Positions 28,282-40,130 of a DNA stretch of 64,000 nt are shown in pieces. The notes below the pieces were generated by a model. It saw only the letters and a program-made list of their open reading frames with translations. It searched no databases and was not told where the DNA came from. Both the position numbers and the translations under genes were made by a program. Every line of letters begins with the position of its first letter. Position 1 is the first letter of the stretch. Origin of the DNA: an uncultured Gammaproteobacteria bacterium. GTDB lineage: Bacteria > Pseudomonadota > Gammaproteobacteria > UBA9214. The stretch covers positions 215,020-279,019 of the forward strand of contig CAWDLS010000001.1 of assembly GCA_963803275.1 (NCBI GenBank). Reading direction: 5' to 3'.

Positions 28282-29718
28282 TCAATCGACCGGCCATTCG
28301 TGTACCGGCCGCCCGGTATCCTGGTGAACGCGGTAGGTCTGCACCAGGGCCTGCATGTCGCGTTCATGCCGGGCGCTACAGGCGCGCTGCCAGGCCGCGC
28401 CCGTCTGGCCGCCGGTCACACGCGACTCGATAATGCCCAGGTAACGGTCGATGTCGGCGCGGTCGATCTCCAGCTGCTGCAGCCCTTGCCTGGCCATCGG
28501 CAACAACTGCCTCGTGACCAGGGCGCCCAGCGTTCCGCGTGCGTCATCAAGCCAGTTGACGTGCGCATCCAGACCGCGCTGGGCGGCAGCGTAGAAATTA
28601 TCGCGCGCGTTTGCAAATGGCAGCTGGAGTTCCGGCGGGACCTCCCGGGTCATCAGGGTTTGCATCAGGCCGTTGAAAAACGCGGCATTGGCGATCATGT
28701 CGGCGATGGTAGGCCCGGCCGGGATCACCCGGTGCTCGATACGCAGGTGCGGCATGCCGTCATAATCGAACCCGATCAACGGTCGGTTCCAGCGCCAGAT
28801 GGTGCCGTTGTGCAGGCGCACGTGCGCCATCTGTTCCAGGCCGTCCCGGTAGCGCATCGGCAGCATGACCGGGTAGTGCTGTGCGTTCTCGATAAAGCAT
28901 TCCATGAGCGTTTCACGCACGTAGCCCGACCCGAAGGTCACGCGCCGCAGCGGCCCGTGGCTGGCCCCGGCCAGGCCACCGACCGACACCGCCTGCTCGA
29001 ACAGCGGCACGCGGGTCTCGTCCCACAAGTCATGGCCAAACAGGTAGGGTGAATTGGCCGTCACCGCCACCAGCGGTGCCGATACGATAATGGATGCATT
29101 GTAGGCACGTACCGCATGGTCGGGATGCACCTTCAGATGCAGCTGGAAAGAGGTCGTCGCCGCCTCCAGCATCACGCTCGTGTGCGTGGTCTTCAGGTGC
29201 TCGCGACCGTTGATATCCAGCTGCAGCGGCGCACCTTCGCGCAGGCGCAGCACCTGTTCGTTCAGGGCACGGTAACGCTTCAGGTCGGACATGTTCTCCG
29301 GGCACAACTCGCTTTCCTGCACCGTGGGCAGGATGCCGATCATCAACAGGCTGGTGTGCATCTGTGCAGCGACACGCACGCACTGCCGCCAGGTTGCCCC
29401 GAGACTGGCTTCGAAACGGCTGAACGCGGAACCCCACAGGTGCTGCGGGTGGTCGTTGAGTTCGACATTGAAACGCGCGAGCTCGGGTACCACCATGGGA
29501 TTGCCGAGCCGCCTGAGAAAGACCTCGTTGACGGGCGCGGGCCGCGCCGCCTCGTCGATCAGCCAGGCCTCGAGCTCGAAACCGCCCATGCGGTCACGCG
29601 CGGAAAAGTTATGCGCGCGAAACCATTCGGCGAGCAGCGCCGTCTCGTCCTGCAGGCACTCCCTGAACTCTGCGAAATCCGCCGGTGTGAAACGGACAAC
29701 TTCGATTTCCTGGCCCAT
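28282..29718 (-). CDS. GCS2/YbdK-type ATP-dependent carboxylate-amine ligase
   Basis: GFELEAW, ELARFNVELN, SFQLH, ANSP, RIEHRV. Confidence 0.85.
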   Translation of the reverse strand: MGQEIEVVRFTPADFAEFRECLQDETALLAEWFRAHNFSARDRMGGFELEAWLIDEAARPAPVNEVFLRRLGNPMVVPELARFNVELNDHPQHLWGSAFSRFEASLGATWRQCVRVAAQMHTSLLMIGILPTVQESELCPENMSDLKRYRALNEQVLRLREGAPLQLDINGREHLKTTHTSVMLEAATTSFQLHLKVHPDHAVRAYNASIIVSAPLVAVTANSPYLFGHDLWDETRVPLFEQAVSVGGLAGASHGPLRRVTFGSGYVRETLMECFIENAQHYPVMLPMRYRDGLEQMAHVRLHNGTIWRWNRPLIGFDYDGMPHLRIEHRVIPAGPTIADMIANAAFFNGLMQTLMTREVPPELQLPFANARDNFYAAAQRGLDAHVNWLDDARGTLGALVTRQLLPMARQGLQQLEIDRADIDRYLGIIESRVTGGQTGAAWQRACSARHERDMQALVQTYRVHQDTGRPVHEWPVD

Positions 29719-29770
29719 ATCCGGTCAGTGGCCCTGCCGACGGCCCGCTTGATCACGCATCACACACCGG

Positions 29771-31478
<1,708 letters not shown>

Positions 31479-31485
31479 GTCAGAG

Positions 31486-31872
31486 TCACTCCTGGTTGTT
31501 AATCGCCTGTTCGAGGTCCCGTTCGTTGACCGGTAGCGGGAGCACGGCATGCAGCGGGAACAGCGCCGCAAGTCTGTCGACATACTGCAACTCGTCGCGC
31601 TCCACCAGCACGATGATACGGGCATTGGGGGAATATTTCTGCAGACTGTAGAGAAATACATCCAGGTTGCTGACATTCACCCCCGCGTAGTTATTGCCGT
31701 AGCCGTACATGAACTCCGCAACGACGAAATCCGGCATCTGTGTCTTCAGCGCGCCGATCGCCCTGCGCATGGAACTGAAGCGCAGTTCGTTGAGACCGAG
31801 ATGTGCGTACAGGCGGGAAAAGTCGCGGTGTGCGGGAGATTCGATGATGGAATAGAGTACCGGCGGGCTCAT
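31486..31872 (-). CDS. Hypothetical protein, possibly a degenerate receiver (CheY-like) domain
   Basis: PDFVVAEF at the position of the receiver beta3 Asp motif, IIVLV, LPLPV..DL; ends 7 nt before hemH. Confidence 0.7.
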   Translation of the reverse strand: MSPPVLYSIIESPAHRDFSRLYAHLGLNELRFSSMRRAIGALKTQMPDFVVAEFMYGYGNNYAGVNVSNLDVFLYSLQKYSPNARIIVLVERDELQYVDRLAALFPLHAVLPLPVNERDLEQAINNQE

Positions 31873-32201
31873 GGCGGAATTATACCCGTTTCACGCAGCA
31901 TGCCCGCAGGACCCAGGACCGGGGATGCCTCAACTGGAAATTCACCAGCGCGCCTCGACTGCGCACTTCGCGCGGCTCCCTTGTTTGCGCGATGAACCGT
32001 GAAGTACGGGTCGTCGCTTCCGTACACCCCTGTACTTTTGACACGCAGGCACTGCAGCAATCGCCGCTGACCTGTTGCGCAACAGCTACTCGCGCAACCC
32101 GACAGCCGGAACGCCGGATCGCCACGTGCGCACATGACACAGGGACTGCGTCCGAAAAACTACGATACCGGCAATCCGGCACCCGCCACGGGAAATGCGG
32201 A

Positions 32202-32813
32202 TTACCCGCGAGCGTTGCTGGCCATGACTGCCTGCAACTGCCGGTCATGATACCGGCCCAGCACCAGCAGCGACAACAGCGCGCCCAGCAGCGCCCAGCC
32301 CATATCGGACTGGGTGTCCCATACATAGCCCTGCGTGCCCAGAAACGAATCCGCCGCCTCCGCTGACAGCAGCGCAACAAGCCACTCGATTATCTCGTAG
32401 CAGGCACTGAGGGCAAGACAGAAGCACAGGACGAGGAAATTCAGCCAGCCGCGGCCATTGACCACGGCATTCCTGATCAGGATCTCGCGCGCCAGGATCG
32501 CTGGTACGAACCCCTGTGCAAAATGCCCGAGTTTGTCGTAGTTATTGCGCCCGAGGTCGAACACGTCACTGATCCAGTCAAACAACGGGACTTCCGCGTA
32601 GGTATAGTGACCGCCAACCATCAGGATGATGCAGTGCACCAGCACCAGCACGTAGGCCAGCCCGGTCAGAGGAAAACTGCGCCGGGTCAACAGCAACACC
32701 ACCAGCCCGACAAGTGCGGGGAACACCTCGAGAAACCAGGTATACAGGTCCGCCGGCCGAATGACCGACCAGACGAGGACCAGCGTGTACACGGACAACC
32801 AGGACAGCCACAT
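32202..32813 (-). CDS. DUF2238 (YjdF-like) inner-membrane protein
   Basis: TWFLEVFP, GGHYTYAEVP, RNNYDKLGHFAQG, FLGTQGYVWDTQSDM. Confidence 0.9.
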   Translation of the reverse strand: MWLSWLSVYTLVLVWSVIRPADLYTWFLEVFPALVGLVVLLLTRRSFPLTGLAYVLVLVHCIILMVGGHYTYAEVPLFDWISDVFDLGRNNYDKLGHFAQGFVPAILAREILIRNAVVNGRGWLNFLVLCFCLALSACYEIIEWLVALLSAEAADSFLGTQGYVWDTQSDMGWALLGALLSLLVLGRYHDRQLQAVMASNARG

Positions 32814-33477
32814 GGCACAATACGGTCAGGACGAGGGGGCCACTGTAAGTCAGGCGATACTGCATTGACAAGCCGCCGCGGCGGTACAGGCCCTGGACAC
32901 ACAAGACCAGGCCAGTATGCACAGCAGGCACCAGCCGTGCGCCTGCACCGGCAACGAACGGCGGCAGGGTGTTCGGGCGATCGATGGCACAACAATCTCC
33001 GTCACTGCCGCCCTGGCAGGCAACTGTTTGAGGACGCGTGCACCGCACGACGGCCGATGCGGTCCTTCACCCTGGCGTGCCACCATGTCGCATTCGGATC
33101 AGCGCCATGGCGGTAGCATGTCCGGGTCAACACGTGCTCCACCATCATGGCCTGATATTCCAGACATATAATACATTAATAAAATCTTATAGTTGCAAAC
33201 AGTGCCGCCGCGTTCAGGCCGTTATGTCATCAACCGGAGACAAGCCAACTGACACAGTTTCGTGCATATACGCACGGAGGCATCATGGCCTGTCGCCGGG
33301 ACGCGACGGATTCCGGCGTTCACCGGCGTGCAGCGCGCCACGCGCTGCGGCGGTAATATATAAAACGTCCTGAATTGCAAGACTTCCCCCATGCTGGCCC
33401 GATCCTTGCTGTAGACATCAGTCGCCGGGACGCGATGATTCCTGCGGGATTCCTGATTGAGCTTACTGGAGATAAAC

Positions 33478-33732
33478 ATGAAGAAACTATTGATGACCGC
33501 CGCTTTCCTGGGTGCCCTCAGCGGTCTTGCCAGGGCGGAAGAAACCGGTGCAATCCCGTTCTACACGCTGGATGTGGACGGGGACAACGTCCTGAGCATG
33601 ACTGAAGCGGGTGCATTACCGGACATTACCGCGCAATGGCGAACACTGGACAAGGACGGTGATGGAAAGCTGGATCGCGGCGAGTACACCGGGTACGTCA
33701 TGCCGGCATCCACCGCAGGCAGACAGGACTAA
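33478..33732 (+). CDS. Exported EF-hand protein
   Basis: Signal peptide; DVDGDNVLSMTE and DKDGDGKLDRGE loops. Confidence 0.85.
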   Translation: MKKLLMTAAFLGALSGLARAEETGAIPFYTLDVDGDNVLSMTEAGALPDITAQWRTLDKDGDGKLDRGEYTGYVMPASTAGRQD

Positions 33733-33903
33733 ACCGGACTCAGCCGTCCCACCAGCCACTGTACAGGACAGACAGAGGCGCGTGTTCCCTGCACGCAATG
33801 TCACAAGGACGTCTTGCGGAGGTGGCGGTCGTTGACAGCCGCCACCTCTTTTTTCAGGTGTTGCCGGCGCAGGGCACCAGCGGCGGCAGTGCGGCTGTAC
33901 ACG

Positions 33904-34614
33904 TCATTGCCTGACAGGCAAGCTGTTCAAAAGATCTTTATAGAGACGCCATCGGGGCAAATAGGAATCCATCAAGGCGTGGAAACGCGCGTTGTGACAC
34001 GGCTCCAGCAGGTGCACCATTTCATGCACCACGATGTATTCAAGGCACTCGGGTGGCTTTTTGGCGAGTTCCAGATTCAGCCAGATGCGCCGCGCACGGG
34101 GATTGCAGGTACCCCAGCGGGTCCTCATCCGCTTGACGCCGAACGCATGCACCCGAACACCCATGTGTGGCTGGTATCCGGCAATCAGCCCGGGCACAGC
34201 CGCTTTGAGTTGTTGACGATACCACTCATCGAGGAGATAGCGACGTCGTTCCGCACTGGCACCCGGCCGTACCTTCATCACCAGCACATCGTGTCCGAGC
34301 ACCACCCTGGTGGCGTCACGGGACTCCACGACTTTCAGCACATAGCGCCGACCGCTGAAATAATGACTTTCACCATCGGTATAGCTGTGCGCGACCACGT
34401 ACCCCTGGGTCAGCTGTTTCTGCCGGTGCTTCCTGATCCAGCCCAGCCTGGCCAGCACGAACGCCCTGATGGATTCCTCCGTCATGGCCATGGGTGCTGA
34501 CACCGTCACCCTGCCATCCGGTGGATGAACACCGAGTCGCAGTGTCCTGATGTCTTTTCGGGTGACTTCGACAGCGATATCGCCCGGCAGCTGCAACAGC
34601 GTCATGGTATTCAT
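33904..34614 (-). CDS. YgjP/DUF45 (M48-like) metal-dependent hydrolase
   Basis: MRTRWGTCN, RIWLNLEL, YIVVHEMVHL, HNARF. Confidence 0.9.
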   Translation of the reverse strand: MNTMTLLQLPGDIAVEVTRKDIRTLRLGVHPPDGRVTVSAPMAMTEESIRAFVLARLGWIRKHRQKQLTQGYVVAHSYTDGESHYFSGRRYVLKVVESRDATRVVLGHDVLVMKVRPGASAERRRYLLDEWYRQQLKAAVPGLIAGYQPHMGVRVHAFGVKRMRTRWGTCNPRARRIWLNLELAKKPPECLEYIVVHEMVHLLEPCHNARFHALMDSYLPRWRLYKDLLNSLPVRQ

Positions 34615-34708
34615 AGCGTGTCAGGCTGCGGCAACCAGCAGCGGGATCGCAGATGCCCATGCAGGGAGGTGGGGAACTGGTAACAGCCGGCGCGGCACCC
34701 CGTCCTGT

Positions 34709-35233
34709 TCAGCGGCGATCCTGCCTGCACTCCGGAAAAATCCCCGGATCACTTGCCACGCGCCGGCATTTGCCGCTGGTATAGGTGGTCAGATTGGGAC
34801 TGTCACTGGCGGTGCGCTCTTCCTTCTCCATGCCCAGCAGCTGCCGGGCCAGGTTGCAACCCTCGACCCCGGCACACTGATCATCGCGCCCGCACACCTG
34901 GCGCACCAGTTTCTCGCAGGGTGTATAGCCGACGATTGGCACACCCGCCACCTCCTCTTCCTCCGGTTTTGGCGGCTGGCGTGCCTCGAGGATGAGCTGA
35001 TTGGGGACCACCTCGCCCTGTCTGATGATGAGGACGGAACCGTCATTCATGCGGTGAGTCCCGTCCCAGAGGGGGGTCGTGACGCCGTCGCGGGTGATGG
35101 TGGCGCGATTGGTATCCGGGTCCACCGACACTGTACCCCCGCCCGGCATGCCGAAATAGGTACCGGCGGCCGTGGCCGTGCCCAGTGAAAAGATCAGCAG
35201 GAAAGAAAACAGCCAGTGTGGTGCGAATCTCAT
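34709..35233 (-). CDS. Exported hypothetical protein with a six-cysteine C-terminal domain
   Basis: Signal peptide; LWDGTHRMNDGSVLII; CEKLVRQVC..DQC..VEGC...KC...EC. Confidence 0.8.
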   Translation of the reverse strand: MRFAPHWLFSFLLIFSLGTATAAGTYFGMPGGGTVSVDPDTNRATITRDGVTTPLWDGTHRMNDGSVLIIRQGEVVPNQLILEARQPPKPEEEEVAGVPIVGYTPCEKLVRQVCGRDDQCAGVEGCNLARQLLGMEKEERTASDSPNLTTYTSGKCRRVASDPGIFPECRQDRR

Positions 35234-35314
35234 GTGGAAACCCCGTCTTGCCGCCGGTCTCGGTGCAACTGCTGGTAATATAGGCGAAATCGCAGGCGGG
35301 TACTATTGCTCAAC

Positions 35315-35328
35315 TTGATCCGGATCAA
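35315..35328. promoter_or_regulatory. FNR-family binding site (perfect consensus)
   Basis: TTGAT-CCGG-ATCAA, about 80-95 nt upstream of the 34709-35233 start. Confidence 0.65.
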
Positions 35329-35541
35329 TACATACCTTGAAAACAGCTGTGGCCTGGCTATCGAACACACGGCGTGAAAACATATCAGGCTGTGATAAAT
35401 GACTGTTTTTCGTCATCTATGGTCACCTGGTTTGCAGGCCGTGCCGCCAGCCGCGAGGGTTCGGCGGTACCCGTCAACCGGGTGAACGAGACGCGGGTGC
35501 AACTCCTCGAATCCGCCTGGTACGCCGTCTGCCGGCAGCTG

Positions 35542-36723
35542 TCAGGGCCTGTTTCGCGAGGCGCGATGCAATATGACGTATCCCAGCACGGCGGACGCCA
35601 GCGAACCAGCCAGTATCCCGAGCCTGCCATCAACGGCAGGATCGTGGCCACCCTGCTCGAACGCCAGTGAGCTGATGAACAGGCTCATGGTGAAACCGAT
35701 CCCGCAAAGCGAGGCCACCCCGTACATCTGCAACCAGTTCGCACCCTGTGGCAAGCTGGCCACGCCGGATTTTATCGCCAGCCATGAGAAGCCGAACACA
35801 CCAAGCTGATTGCCGGCGAACAGGCCTGTCGCAATACCGAGCGGGACGGGATGCAGTAAGGAATGGACGGTCAGTCCTGCAAGCGAGATGCCCGTATTTG
35901 CGAATGCGAACAGGGGCAGAATGCCATACACCACGGCCGGGTGCAGGTCATGCTCCAGCTTTTCCAGCTGGGTATATTCCTCGCCCGGTTGTTTTTTATA
36001 CGGAATGAAAAACGCGGTCAAAACGCCGGCCAGTGTGGCGTGCACGCCTGATTTAAGCACCGCTGCCCACAGGATCACGCCAATCAGCAAATACGGTACA
36101 TTGGACAATACTCCGGCACGGTTCAGCACAAACAGGGCGCCGAGAGCAGCTGCGGCAACATATATTGAAGGTAGTGACAAATCAGCCGTGTAAAAAACCG
36201 CGATGATCACGATAGCACCCAGGTCATCCACGATAGCCAGGGTCATCAGGAACAGTTTCAGTGTGCCTGGTACGCGCGAGCCAAGCAGTGCAAGCACACC
36301 AAGCGCAAATGCAATGTCAGTGGCCGACGGAATGGCCCAGCCCTTTATCGCCAACGGGTCTCCCCAGTTGACTGCGGTGTATATTGCAGCGGGAACAGCC
36401 ATGCCGCCGATTGCCGCGATGACCGGCAGAATGATGCGTGACGGATCGGACAACTCTCCATCCACGATTTCGCGTTTTACTTCCAGGCCGACCAGGAAGA
36501 AGAAGATGGCCATCAGCCCGTCGTTAATCCAGAGCAACAAGGGCTTCGCTATTTCAAAATCGCCGAATCTGATTTCCAGTGGTATATCAAGCAGTGCGTC
36601 GTAGATACCTTTCGCCGCCGAGTTTTCGACCACCATGGCAAGCACGGCGGCAATCAGCAGTAGCATCCCGCCGGCCGCCTCGAGCCTCAGGAATTCCGTC
36701 AACGCTCTGAAAACAACAGACAT
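35542..36723 (-). CDS. nhaA: Na+/H+ antiporter NhaA
   Basis: [42 protein letters not shown]. Confidence 0.96.
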   Translation of the reverse strand: MSVVFRALTEFLRLEAAGGMLLLIAAVLAMVVENSAAKGIYDALLDIPLEIRFGDFEIAKPLLLWINDGLMAIFFFLVGLEVKREIVDGELSDPSRIILPVIAAIGGMAVPAAIYTAVNWGDPLAIKGWAIPSATDIAFALGVLALLGSRVPGTLKLFLMTLAIVDDLGAIVIIAVFYTADLSLPSIYVAAAALGALFVLNRAGVLSNVPYLLIGVILWAAVLKSGVHATLAGVLTAFFIPYKKQPGEEYTQLEKLEHDLHPAVVYGILPLFAFANTGISLAGLTVHSLLHPVPLGIATGLFAGNQLGVFGFSWLAIKSGVASLPQGANWLQMYGVASLCGIGFTMSLFISSLAFEQGGHDPAVDGRLGILAGSLASAVLGYVILHRASRNRP

Positions 36724-36797
36724 TTCTGTATCCTGCGATTATTACCGGCCAGCGGTCCTGATAAAAGACCGGTGTATCGTGGCGCGGTTCAGGCGGT

Positions 36798-37223
36798 TCA
36801 TCTGATGCGATAAGCCGAGTGGCAGGCGACACAGGCTGAGGTCAGCTCTGCAAGGGCTTGATACGCCGGCAACAATTCACCCTCCTGTGCGATTAAGGCA
36901 AAACGACTTGCCGCTTTGTGCATTTGCATTCCCGCATCCCGCATGCCTTCCGGCATGAACCTGGACAGGTGACTTGCTCCGTGAGATTCAAGGGAACTCA
37001 TGCCAAGTCGCTGTTCAGCCGTTTCCGCGGCCTTGTCCGGGTCACCATTGCCCATATTTACGAGAATTTCATTCAGCGCTGTTAAATGATCGCGCATATT
37101 TGACAGCATGTGCTGCTGCAGCATGTCAGGAAGCTGTACCAGTTGCCTTCTGTCATCGGCAATTGCTGCAGTACTAATGAATAACAGCAGCATGAGTGCA
37201 GCCGGGTGGATGCATGGTTTCAT
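36798..37223 (-). CDS. Class II (cytochrome c'-like) periplasmic cytochrome c
   Basis: Signal peptide; helical; single CVACH heme motif near the C-terminus. Confidence 0.8.
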   Translation of the reverse strand: MKPCIHPAALMLLLFISTAAIADDRRQLVQLPDMLQQHMLSNMRDHLTALNEILVNMGNGDPDKAAETAEQRLGMSSLESHGASHLSRFMPEGMRDAGMQMHKAASRFALIAQEGELLPAYQALAELTSACVACHSAYRIR

Positions 37224-37344
37224 CGAATTTCGTACCGTTAATGTCTGTCCTGTGGAACGATCAACCGTGCGGTCAGGCCGAAGCAGGACCCATCACCACT
37301 CACCTGGACTGTCTGGCATACGCTGACCGCGATAACGGTCCGCG

Positions 37345-37755
37345 TTATTTCAATGTTTCCGGTTCTCTTATCCCCGGAATCACTTTACCGTCCATAAACA
37401 CGATGAAATAGCTGGAGTGCAACCTGTCATCAGCGTGGGACCTCATTTTAACCAGATAGTGCCAGTATTTTTCATGATGCGGTATCTGCTTTAATTCAAT
37501 CCCCGTCAAGGATGCATTGGTCATCTCGGGATCGGAAGCAATGTGCTCCCGTATGGCCTTGAGAGCATCTACAACCGCAAGTGGCGGCGGACCTTCGAAC
37601 GGGACCCAGTACCGTGACTTGTCAATGTCACCTTCATTGACAAACGCGACAACCTTTGTGTTGTCAAAAAACTCGATAATTTCTACCGGGAACTCGTAAG
37701 CAGATAAATTCCCGCTGAGTAAAATCAGCAGCAAAGGCAGCGTTCTTGATAGCAT
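37345..37755 (-). CDS. Exported hypothetical protein, lower GC than its neighbours
   Basis: MLSRTLPLLLILLSGNLSA signal peptide; GGAG site. Confidence 0.7.
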   Translation of the reverse strand: MLSRTLPLLLILLSGNLSAYEFPVEIIEFFDNTKVVAFVNEGDIDKSRYWVPFEGPPPLAVVDALKAIREHIASDPEMTNASLTGIELKQIPHHEKYWHYLVKMRSHADDRLHSSYFIVFMDGKVIPGIREPETLK

Positions 37756-37899
37756 TGCAGTTTCTCCAGATGACCGGGGCACGGTTCTGCTGTTTTCTGA
37801 TATAGCGCCGCGTCAACAGGCAGTCAAACACACGGTGATTTGCGCGCGCCCCGGCATCGAAGATGCGGAGCCTCCTGTCCGGATGTCGGCGGCATCGGC

Positions 37900-38883
37900 C
37901 TATAGTCTCGCAAGCACTTCGTGTTTGACAAACCCGCACAGCGGTGCCAGCTCTTCATGGCGTTCCGCCATGTCGGCGACATAGCCCAGCGTACGCGGGA
38001 TATCGTCGAGATAGCCCGGTTTCCCGTCGCGGTGATTGAGACGTGCAAATATACCACTAGCCTTGAGGTGGCGCTGCACACCCATGAGATCGAACCAGTG
38101 CAGAAACTGTTGCGGATCCTTGTGTTCTTCGCGCAGGATACCGGTCTGCAGCGCGAGGTCCTGATAACCAAGCGCCCAGTCCACCACGCGTGCGCGCGGC
38201 CACGCGATGTAGCAGTCGCGCAGCAGCGACACGAGGTCGTAGGTCACCGGTCCGCATACCGCGTCCTGGAAGTCGAGGATGCCGGGATTGTTGCGCGCCG
38301 TTACCATAAGGTTGCGTGAATGGTAGTCGCGATGGACGAATACCCGGGGTTGCACCAGCGCATTGTCGGCAAGCAGACCCAGTACGCTGTCCAGCATGGC
38401 GTTATGCGCGTCGCTCAACACGATGCCGAGATGCTTGCCAACCAGCCACTCGCGAAACAGTTCCATCTCGCGTAGCAGCAATGCGCGGTTGTATGGCGGA
38501 AGACCGTCACAGGCACAGGTCTGGATGGCAGCAAGCGCGCCCAGCGCATCGCCATACAGGCGTTCCACGCTCGTTTCATTCAGTGCGCCGAGATACGGCG
38601 TGTTGCCGAGGTCGGACAGCAACAGGAAGCCCTGTGCGAGGTCCTCGTCGATCACCTCGGGCACGTTCAGGCCGGCGTCGAACAGCTGTTTCGCTACCTG
38701 TACGAACGGTCGCGAGTCTTCCTTGCCCGTGGGCGCGTCCATGACGATAAAGCTCTCACCCTCATGCAACACGCGGAAATAGCGGCGGAAACTGGCATCG
38801 CTCGACGCCGGGTTGAGGGTGTAGTTACGGAATTCGAGTTCGTTATCCAGCCAGTGTTTCAGTTGTTCGAGTCGTTCTGGCAC
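37900..38883 (-). CDS. amgK: Anomeric MurNAc/GlcNAc kinase (APH-like)
   Basis: ASSDASFRRYFR, VMDAP, HRDYHSRNLM, GILDFQDA, QRHLKASGIFARL; divergent from lptD. Confidence 0.92.
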   Translation of the reverse strand: MPERLEQLKHWLDNELEFRNYTLNPASSDASFRRYFRVLHEGESFIVMDAPTGKEDSRPFVQVAKQLFDAGLNVPEVIDEDLAQGFLLLSDLGNTPYLGALNETSVERLYGDALGALAAIQTCACDGLPPYNRALLLREMELFREWLVGKHLGIVLSDAHNAMLDSVLGLLADNALVQPRVFVHRDYHSRNLMVTARNNPGILDFQDAVCGPVTYDLVSLLRDCYIAWPRARVVDWALGYQDLALQTGILREEHKDPQQFLHWFDLMGVQRHLKASGIFARLNHRDGKPGYLDDIPRTLGYVADMAERHEELAPLCGFVKHEVLARL

Positions 38884-39204
38884 GGGTTGGTTTGCCTTGT
38901 GCAGGTAATTGCGGAAATGCGGAAAATATTACGCGCCTATCTACCCGAGTGCCATGATTTTCAAGGCTGCAATAGCTGCGGTCGGCAAGAACCCGCACGA
39001 GCCGGTTTTGTACAATCGCAAATCGTCCCTCTCCAGACTTGATCGTTCGACGACGTTGAGCATTACCTAACCGGCTGACCAATATCATGGACAGCAGTCG
39101 TCATACCCGCACAGTCGGAAACCCGGCATGTCCCTGTTTTCAGGATTTCGGCTCGACTCGCACGGCCCGTTTTGCCGGAATGACGATAAAGAGATGTCAC
39201 CGGT

Positions 39205-39522
39205 TCAGAAAATCTCCATAAGATAATAACGTGGCACGTGGTGTTGTTTCTGCGTCTCTGCCCACGCCGTATTACCCTGCACCTTCGGGTCTTTGCACAA
39301 GACGGGCTTCTCATCAACCGTGTACACCTGCACCTGCTTCGGAAGCAACAGGCGATACCTCGCACAACTCCAGTCACGCGAAACGTTGACGTCCCCGCGC
39401 AAGCAAGGCATCGCGATCATCGCCAACCACGAGGCGCACAACGGGCGGATCAGCCCGGCGCGGGTGAAAAAGGTGATGGTGGGGCGGAGATCAGCAACAC
39501 ACCCGTTATGCCGCCGAACGAT
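39205..39522. pseudogene. Unidentified coding-like remnant
   Basis: About 105 open codons with strong third-position GC bias but no convincing start; the bias fits either the minus frame (...PTITFFTRAGLIRPLC...) or a plus frame (...QGIAIIANHEAHNGRISP...). Confidence 0.35.
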
Positions 39523-39548
39523 TCAGAGGCATCCTTGCCCTTCCCCTG

Positions 39549-39575
39549 AAAAAAAAGCTGCCCGCAGCCGGGCAG
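39549..39575 (-). terminator. Rho-independent terminator on the minus strand
   Basis: CTGCCCG-CAGC-CGGGCAG stem next to an A8 tract (U-tract on the minus strand). Confidence 0.65.
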
Positions 39576-39813
39576 GCGTTTATCGAGCGCCGTCGGCACT
39601 GTGGCTACAGGCAGGCCCGGCGGGTTATCGCGTTGCAGGCGAGTGTTACAGCTAACACACTGATTATAAATTGTTTGAAAGTGAGGCCATTCTATGCGAT
39701 TTTACCCCGCGTCCACCATCCGGCCAGACCGGCGATTAACCCGCAGTTCTCACCGGTATCCCGGATGCGGCGGCTTGTGTAAACGGTCGCCACCCTGACA
39801 TCAACGGGGTCGA

Positions 39814-39841
39814 CCGCCCCATCGAATGACCGATGGGGCGG
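39814..39841. repeat. Perfect 11-bp hairpin without U-tract
   Basis: CCGCCCCATCG-AATGAC-CGATGGGGCGG. Confidence 0.7.
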
Positions 39842-40130
39842 GAACCGGCTGGAATAACGCGATACCCCGCGTTGGCCCCGCCGGGTTTGAGGCACAGGGT
39901 GTGGTGTTAACGGTCAGCTACAGGCATGGATTCCAGCCAGGACCGGACAACACTACCGAAAGACACGCAGCTGGTTGCCGGATTTGCGTCACTTTACTTA
40001 ATTCGACTCATGATGTCGTGCTACCGCCGTCCGGTGAGAAATGCGGGTTGAGACCTCGAAACTGCTCCTGAATGTACAGCTGCCTGCCGAGATTCCAGAC
40101 CCTATGCCGTACAGGCAGGCATCCGATCGC

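Noticed and set aside
31880-32200. Possible ncRNA or gene remnant between DUF2238 and the hemH operon
   Set aside because: No recognisable RNA family motif, stable terminator or protein motif
32814-33470. Several short overlapping ORFs
   Set aside because: No RBS, codon bias or motif support
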